Source: a virus (Duplodnaviria; Caudoviricetes). Taken from it: a DNA stretch of 27,665 nucleotides. Position 1 is the stretch's first letter, and every line of letters starts with the position of its first letter. Below the pieces are notes generated by a model that was not told where the DNA came from, did no database searches, and worked only from the letters and a program-made list of their open reading frames with translations. The stretch is taken from positions 1 through 27,665 of the IMG/VR virus record IMGVR_UViG_3300023296_000894. One strand, written 5' to 3'. This document shows positions 23,168 through 27,665 of this stretch, piece after piece. The translations under genes were made by a program, and so were the position numbers.

Positions 23168-24297
23168 AGACTGAATCCTTTTTGAATTATTTCTAATTTC
23201 CAGCCCGTTGTTTTTCCTTTTTTAGGAATAGGCCAGTTTTTTTGTATTTGCATTTTTAGTGTACTCCAACTTAGATTGTTTTTCTTACAAAATTCTACTG
23301 CTTCGCCGCCGCATAAAATATGTTCAACGCTTTGAGGTGATGTTAATTTATATGTGTAACTGTTTTTGTTACCTTTGCCAACTCGTAATTTTGCCTTGGC
23401 TCCTATTAAGTCCTTTGTACTTTGCTTCTGTGTTTTGCCGTACATAGGGTTTCCAGAACCAGTATTTAATTTACTAAACTTCTTGCGTGTTTCGTCGCTG
23501 TGACGTTTAGGCCCATAGCCTCCACGTTCTTTCTGCAGGCGCGATCGCAATTCTCGTTGTTGCTGTGCTTTTTCAACACCATAAATTTCTTCGTATGTTT
23601 TGCCTCTGTGATTAGGAGGATGTGCATCTATACAGATATTAGATAATATTCCGTCTTTTTCATATCCCTTTCTGCCATAACGCTTAATCAACTCTGATTC
23701 TATATTATACGCTAAATCTTCATCAATGATATTTTCAGCAATATACTCAATTAATGGTTCATTACCAGATGCACGTATGCTAGCAATCTTATTTTCTTTA
23801 TAAACATTCCTAGTTTCAGGAACGTCCCATAAGTGTGTTTTGGCTCGTCTACCTTTGCCTTTTCCGATATAAAAGGGTTGACTGTTTCTTGGGTCTACTA
23901 ATTGATATACATAATACACGCTATTTTTCTCCTGCTGTATATATTTAGCAAGAGACTGAGAATAACAGTTAGGTATTGAATAATCCTCGGTTTGATTAGA
24001 ACTAGCAGCAAAGATAATGTGTTCTCTGTGATCTTTATATGGGGTTATGTCTACTAGTTTGTCGTCTTTCCATATACTGTGCCGTATGGCTTGTATAACG
24101 CCAAACCCTTTTAAAAAATAATAGCCAATTACTTTCTTTCCGCCATAGATAGTGGTATGTGTTTTAACATTATTATGACAGTTGTTGTAATCGTATGCTG
24201 AGTGTGCGTTAACAACTACAGCGCCAATCCAGTTGCAATCAAGAGACTTTGCCATAGAACGCATGTCATCTTCAACTGCAACTGGATTGTTCCACAT
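23164..24297 (-). CDS. GIY-YIG/NUMOD3 homing endonuclease fused in frame to an N-terminal domain of about 125 aa; probable internal start at 23919
   Basis: YYVYQLVDPRNSQPFYIGKGKGRRAKTHL...E..LIKRYGR...GILSN; KRHSDETRKKFS, GNPMYGK. Confidence 0.85.
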   Translation of the reverse strand: MWNNPVAVEDDMRSMAKSLDCNWIGAVVVNAHSAYDYNNCHNNVKTHTTIYGGKKVIGYYFLKGFGVIQAIRHSIWKDDKLVDITPYKDHREHIIFAASSNQTEDYSIPNCYSQSLAKYIQQEKNSVYYVYQLVDPRNSQPFYIGKGKGRRAKTHLWDVPETRNVYKENKIASIRASGNEPLIEYIAENIIDEDLAYNIESELIKRYGRKGYEKDGILSNICIDAHPPNHRGKTYEEIYGVEKAQQQRELRSRLQKERGGYGPKRHSDETRKKFSKLNTGSGNPMYGKTQKQSTKDLIGAKAKLRVGKGNKNSYTYKLTSPQSVEHILCGGEAVEFCKKNNLSWSTLKMQIQKNWPIPKKGKTTGWKLEIIQKGFSL

Positions 24298-25427
24298 TAG
24301 AGGCTGAATCCTTTGAATGTGTCACTGCTAACGTCCTGTTTAGTGCCGCCAGAAACGTAAGAACTTATCTGTGTTTGCTGAGGTGCCACTTGTACTTCAG
24401 CGCCCGAAATCCATTTCTGTGTCCACGGCAGCGGATTGTTCTTGATGGTGTAGGGACTTTTAAGATTCACATTGGTCATTCTGCGTGTACAGATCCATTC
24501 AATGTATTCACTCAACAGTTGTGTGTTTAGGCCGATCATGCTTCCGTCTTTGAACAAATATTCTGCCCAAGCTTTTTCTTGATCTACTGCGTCGATAAAC
24601 ATTTGAACGCAGGCTGCTTCTGTTTCATCTGCAATCTTTTCAAAGTCCGGATCATCCTTCTTCAGTAGCTTGAGCAGCATCTGTGTGCTAGCTAGGTGCA
24701 GGTTCTCATCACGAGCAATCAACTTGATGATCTTAGCATTGCCTTCCATCTTCTTAAGTTCAGCAAACGCCCAACTACATGCAAAGCTTACATAGAAGCG
24801 AACACCTTCGAGAATGTTCACACTCATCAATGCCAGCCACAACAGTTTCTTTAATTCATAAAGATCAACCACCACAGTGTTACCGTTCACAGTGTGTACG
24901 CCTTCACCTAGTAGATTGTAGTAACTGGCCAGTTCAATTAGGTCGTCGTAGTACTTTGAAATGTCTCCTGCACAGTCTACAATTTCTGTAATGTTCATCA
25001 TCTCGTCAAAGATCTTGCTGGGGTTGGAATAGATGTTGCGGATGATGTGTGTATAGCTTCTGCTGTGGATAGTCTCAGAGAACGTCCAAGTGATGATCCA
25101 GTTCTCTAGTTCAGGTAGGCTTACAATAGTACCAAAGCTTTCTGCTGGTGCTCGACCCTGTACTGAGTCCAACAGTATTTGACGCTTGAGGTTTGAAGTA
25201 AAGATATGTCGCTCATGGTCTGTGAGAGCCTTAAAGTCTTTGGCATCTTGATAGATGTCTATTTCCTCAGGACGCCAAAAGAATCCCAACTGCTTGTCTG
25301 TTAGTTGATCAAACTGTTTGTACTTCAGTGTATCATAACGCTGAATTGTTGGGCCACCACTTGGATCAAGGAACGCCTTTACTGTAGTGTGGTCTACTGT
25401 GTTGGTGGTGTCAAATACACTGCTCAT
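24297..25427 (-). CDS. nrdB: Ribonucleotide reductase class Ia beta subunit
   Basis: FFWRPEEI, LLDSVQGR, SETIHSRSYTHI, LEGVRFYVSFACSWAF, IARDENLH, VAPQ. Confidence 0.97.
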   Translation of the reverse strand: MSSVFDTTNTVDHTTVKAFLDPSGGPTIQRYDTLKYKQFDQLTDKQLGFFWRPEEIDIYQDAKDFKALTDHERHIFTSNLKRQILLDSVQGRAPAESFGTIVSLPELENWIITWTFSETIHSRSYTHIIRNIYSNPSKIFDEMMNITEIVDCAGDISKYYDDLIELASYYNLLGEGVHTVNGNTVVVDLYELKKLLWLALMSVNILEGVRFYVSFACSWAFAELKKMEGNAKIIKLIARDENLHLASTQMLLKLLKKDDPDFEKIADETEAACVQMFIDAVDQEKAWAEYLFKDGSMIGLNTQLLSEYIEWICTRRMTNVNLKSPYTIKNNPLPWTQKWISGAEVQVAPQQTQISSYVSGGTKQDVSSDTFKGFSL

Positions 25428-25455
25428 TATAATAATCCTTTGATTTTAATTGTTA

Positions 25456-25528
25456 ATTTTAACACACTGCTCACAGTGTGTCAACATTTATATAGTGCAA
25501 CTATAACATGTCCCAGAGGACATGTCAA
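25456..25528 (-). promoter_or_regulatory. Two tandem sigma70-like promoters upstream of nrdB, each with a palindromic spacer
   Basis: TTGACA(25528)-17-TATAGT and TTGACA(25484)-17-TAAAAT. Confidence 0.75.
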
Positions 25529-26214
25529 GTATTAAATGTGTATGACCAGTCTTTCCATTTTTCTTTTTTTGATAAACATCTAGACCTTACCATTTTTGTT
25601 GAACTGAAACCATAAAAATTTACAACTTCAGTGACTGACTGAAATAATCCGTCAGGTGTATTTACTTTCTTCTTTCCATTGGTAGAGAGTGGATCTCCTA
25701 CATCCGGTGCCTTGTCTGTGTAAGACCACAAATAGCCATGAGCATTTGTAAACTTACCATCACAAGTATATTTAATATTTGAAGGAGATTTTGCTCCTAC
25801 TGCATCGCCTGCTTCTTGTAAACTACAAAATTTTGCGATTAAGTTTCCCCTTAAGTCAAATTGAAATACTTGTTTACGAAGATTCTTATCAGCCCATTCG
25901 TTCCAGCCTTTTCTAACATTAGTAAAATCCGTGCAGTGGCCGCCAGTTGCTGAATCCTTGAGATTATAATAGGTTCTATCATTTTTAACATTCATTGACT
26001 TTAGATAAAACTCCTCTCTTGTTAACACATCTTCTTTATTAATCACATATTCTAGTATAGTTCTACTGAAAGAGCTTGCTCCATATTTACTATATGCTTT
26101 CTTAAATGCTGTGCCGCTACCAGTATACGAATCGTTGTCTAGTCCAATGTGGCTTCCAATATACATTTTTCCATTTACAGTGTTAGTCCATTTATAAATA
26201 AATCCACTATACAT
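25525..26214 (-). CDS. GIY-YIG (Seg-like) homing endonuclease with a NUMOD1 domain, between nrdA and nrdB
   Basis: GFIYKWTNTVNGKMYIGSH...YTGSG..F..AY.KYG...E...YYNL; VFQFDLRGNLIAKFCSLQEA...SNI...C.GK...AHGYLWSY. Confidence 0.9.
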   Translation of the reverse strand: MYSGFIYKWTNTVNGKMYIGSHIGLDNDSYTGSGTAFKKAYSKYGASSFSRTILEYVINKEDVLTREEFYLKSMNVKNDRTYYNLKDSATGGHCTDFTNVRKGWNEWADKNLRKQVFQFDLRGNLIAKFCSLQEAGDAVGAKSPSNIKYTCDGKFTNAHGYLWSYTDKAPDVGDPLSTNGKKKVNTPDGLFQSVTEVVNFYGFSSTKMVRSRCLSKKEKWKDWSYTFNT

Positions 26215-26221
26215 GTTATAT

Positions 26222-26275
26222 CTCCTCTGCGTTTTTACTATATTACCTTAATACTATTTATCAAACGCAGCGGAA
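26222..26275 (-). promoter_or_regulatory. RBS-sequestering hairpin with a late promoter in the loop
   Basis: TTCCGCTGCGTTT...TAAATA...AAACGCAGAGGAG. Confidence 0.7.
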
Positions 26276-26282
26276 AACTTAA

Positions 26283-26816
26283 TTATATAGAGCAAGATTC
26301 ACATTCAGAATCATCGGGTTCTGCTTGCGGAATTTCTCCCATCATCTTAGAAACGTCTATTTCTCCTTGGCCATCGTTTGTTTGGAAATAATAAAGCTGT
26401 TTTCCGCCTAGCTTGTAGAACATCAACAGATGCTGCAACATTGTACTAAGTGGAATCTTCTCGTCTTCGTAGTACTGTGGATTGTAGCTGGTGTTTACAC
26501 TGATGCCTTGATCAATATATTTCTGCAACACTGCCATGATCTTTAAATAGCCTTCTGGGCTACGCTGATCCCACAGTAGATCATATTTGTTCTTGAGCTT
26601 TTTAAACTCTGGCACTACCTGCTTGAGTACGCCATGCTTGCTCTGCTTGATTGAGATTAGACTGCGCGGTGGTTCAATACCGTTGGTAGCATTTGCAATT
26701 TGCGCACTAGTGTTATGACTAATGCATCCATTTGACAAGGTATAAGTTTCGTTGTCAGTTGAAACATCCCAAGTGTGTTCTGTTCCTGCGTCTCTTGTAA
26801 TACGTTTAATTTTCAT
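26283..26816 (-). CDS. nrdA: Split intein C-part (35 aa) fused to the C-terminal 142 aa of ribonucleotide reductase alpha
   Basis: MKIKRI...TWDVST.NETYTLSNGCISHN|TSAQIANATNGIEPPR...QKYIDQGISVN..Y...KQLYY...CESCSI. ATG at 26816 with GAGGA RBS. Confidence 0.92.
   Translation of the reverse strand: MKIKRITRDAGTEHTWDVSTDNETYTLSNGCISHNTSAQIANATNGIEPPRSLISIKQSKHGVLKQVVPEFKKLKNKYDLLWDQRSPEGYLKIMAVLQKYIDQGISVNTSYNPQYYEDEKIPLSTMLQHLLMFYKLGGKQLYYFQTNDGQGEIDVSKMMGEIPQAEPDDSECESCSI
26712..26816 (-). mobile_element. Split intein C-fragment, +1 residue Thr
   Basis: Blocks F and G ending SHN before the NrdA TSAQ. Confidence 0.85.
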
Positions 26817-27665
26817 TTTAATAATTCCTCTTTTGTAATTGAACATTTTCCTTGTTTTGACACGTTATCTTCCCAGGGAATAAATTCTAAATTTTGCAAG
26901 CTTCCTAATAGCGCAGGATCAATTCCTTCAATAAATCCTCGAGATATTGAGAATTTATGATCTAGATGATAGGCGTTGTTGATACCTGCTCGGCCTCTTT
27001 TTTCATAATTCACTAATAAATTTAGGTCATGTTGATTAGTATATTTCCATACTTCTTTGTGATACTTTTTATAATTGGATAAGTCACAATATGGAACCCA
27101 AATGCCATTTTCTTCTAATGTTTTTCTGATCTTTGATTGCCGTTCTTTAAAAACGTTTTCTCCTAGGTTATTAATTGTGTTGTGACCTCTATTTTCCTTT
27201 ATCTTATGATTAATCTCGTTTTCATTTAATAACGTTGTCTTTTCTAAATATTGTCTGTAAGAATCAATACCTATTTTTTGATCGTGTATTTCTCTAATTT
27301 TTCTTTTTGCATAATCAAAAGACTTTCCCCTATCCAGATAATACTGAATATGCATCGGACTATTTTTATGTTGGAACTCTATTGCGCATGTTACAGCATC
27401 TTCGGGAGTATGTCCCTTCCTTATATAGTATTCTTTACAACGAGGTGACTGTGATCTTCCATTCTTCTTAACAGTATCCCAACCTTTTTGTAAGGACTTA
27501 CTCTTCCAATTGTTATACCGCCGGGTGCCTTCTTCGTTTCCATATTTTTTAATAAAGTTTGCCTGTGACGTTGCTTTGTCTGCTTTAAACTTTGAAATAG
27601 TAGCAAGTGCTTGTTCCTGGGAACAAGCATCTCTTTTCATTACATATTCCGGATCATATGGGTTA
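26813..27665 (-). CDS. HNH-type homing endonuclease, 5'-truncated by the window edge
   Basis: YHLDHKFSISRGF......LLGSLQNLEFIPWEDNVSK. The frame stays open upstream of ATG 27640 (NPYDPEYV) to the edge. Confidence 0.8.
   Translation of the reverse strand, partial: NPYDPEYVMKRDACSQEQALATISKFKADKATSQANFIKKYGNEEGTRRYNNWKSKSLQKGWDTVKKNGRSQSPRCKEYYIRKGHTPEDAVTCAIEFQHKNSPMHIQYYLDRGKSFDYAKRKIREIHDQKIGIDSYRQYLEKTTLLNENEINHKIKENRGHNTINNLGENVFKERQSKIRKTLEENGIWVPYCDLSNYKKYHKEVWKYTNQHDLNLLVNYEKRGRAGINNAYHLDHKFSISRGFIEGIDPALLGSLQNLEFIPWEDNVSKQGKCSITKEELLK

Noticed and set aside
204-27448. Plus-strand ORFs in the track other than 18748-19542 (e.g. 8568-9188, 9979-10458, 16981-17559)
   Set aside because: They are antisense shadows of well-supported minus-strand genes, without RBS or recognisable motifs.
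1-27665. Alternative genetic code (stop-codon reassignment) explaining the fragmented genes
   Set aside because: Conserved genes such as nrdB, aox and hemO are full length in the standard code, and the breaks coincide with inserted nuclease genes rather than single stops.

Overview
This window comes from a large T4-like or jumbo dsDNA phage, with almost all genes on the minus strand. The host is probably alphaproteobacterial and Rhodobacterales-like. That is inferred from the permuted two-piece tmRNA with tag ANANRAPEMAIAA, the hemO-pcyX cassette and a porin-like gene. Auxiliary genes include pcyX, hemO, clpS, hsp20, rpsU, alternative oxidase and a porin. Nucleotide-metabolism genes include guaC, a 5'-nucleotidase, glutaredoxin, nrdB and the 3' part of nrdA. 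An RNA-repair and ribosome-rescue set comprises Rnl1, separate PNK kinase and phosphatase genes, a cyclic-phosphate receiver domain, a PTH2-like protein and tmRNA. The most striking feature is six homing-endonuclease genes, each with a visible way of sparing its target. guaC is fractured by a split intein, and nrdA appears to be as well (only its C-half is in the window). The RNA ligase is broken in two with no intein, and its C-half has its own promoter. The tmRNA acceptor piece appears to have been replaced, the nrdB 3' end is duplicated, and the nrdB promoter is doubled. Two unrelated endonucleases (GIY-YIG and HNH) share a conserved structured 5' leader that I do not recognise. All family calls come from motif recognition by eye; no searches were run.
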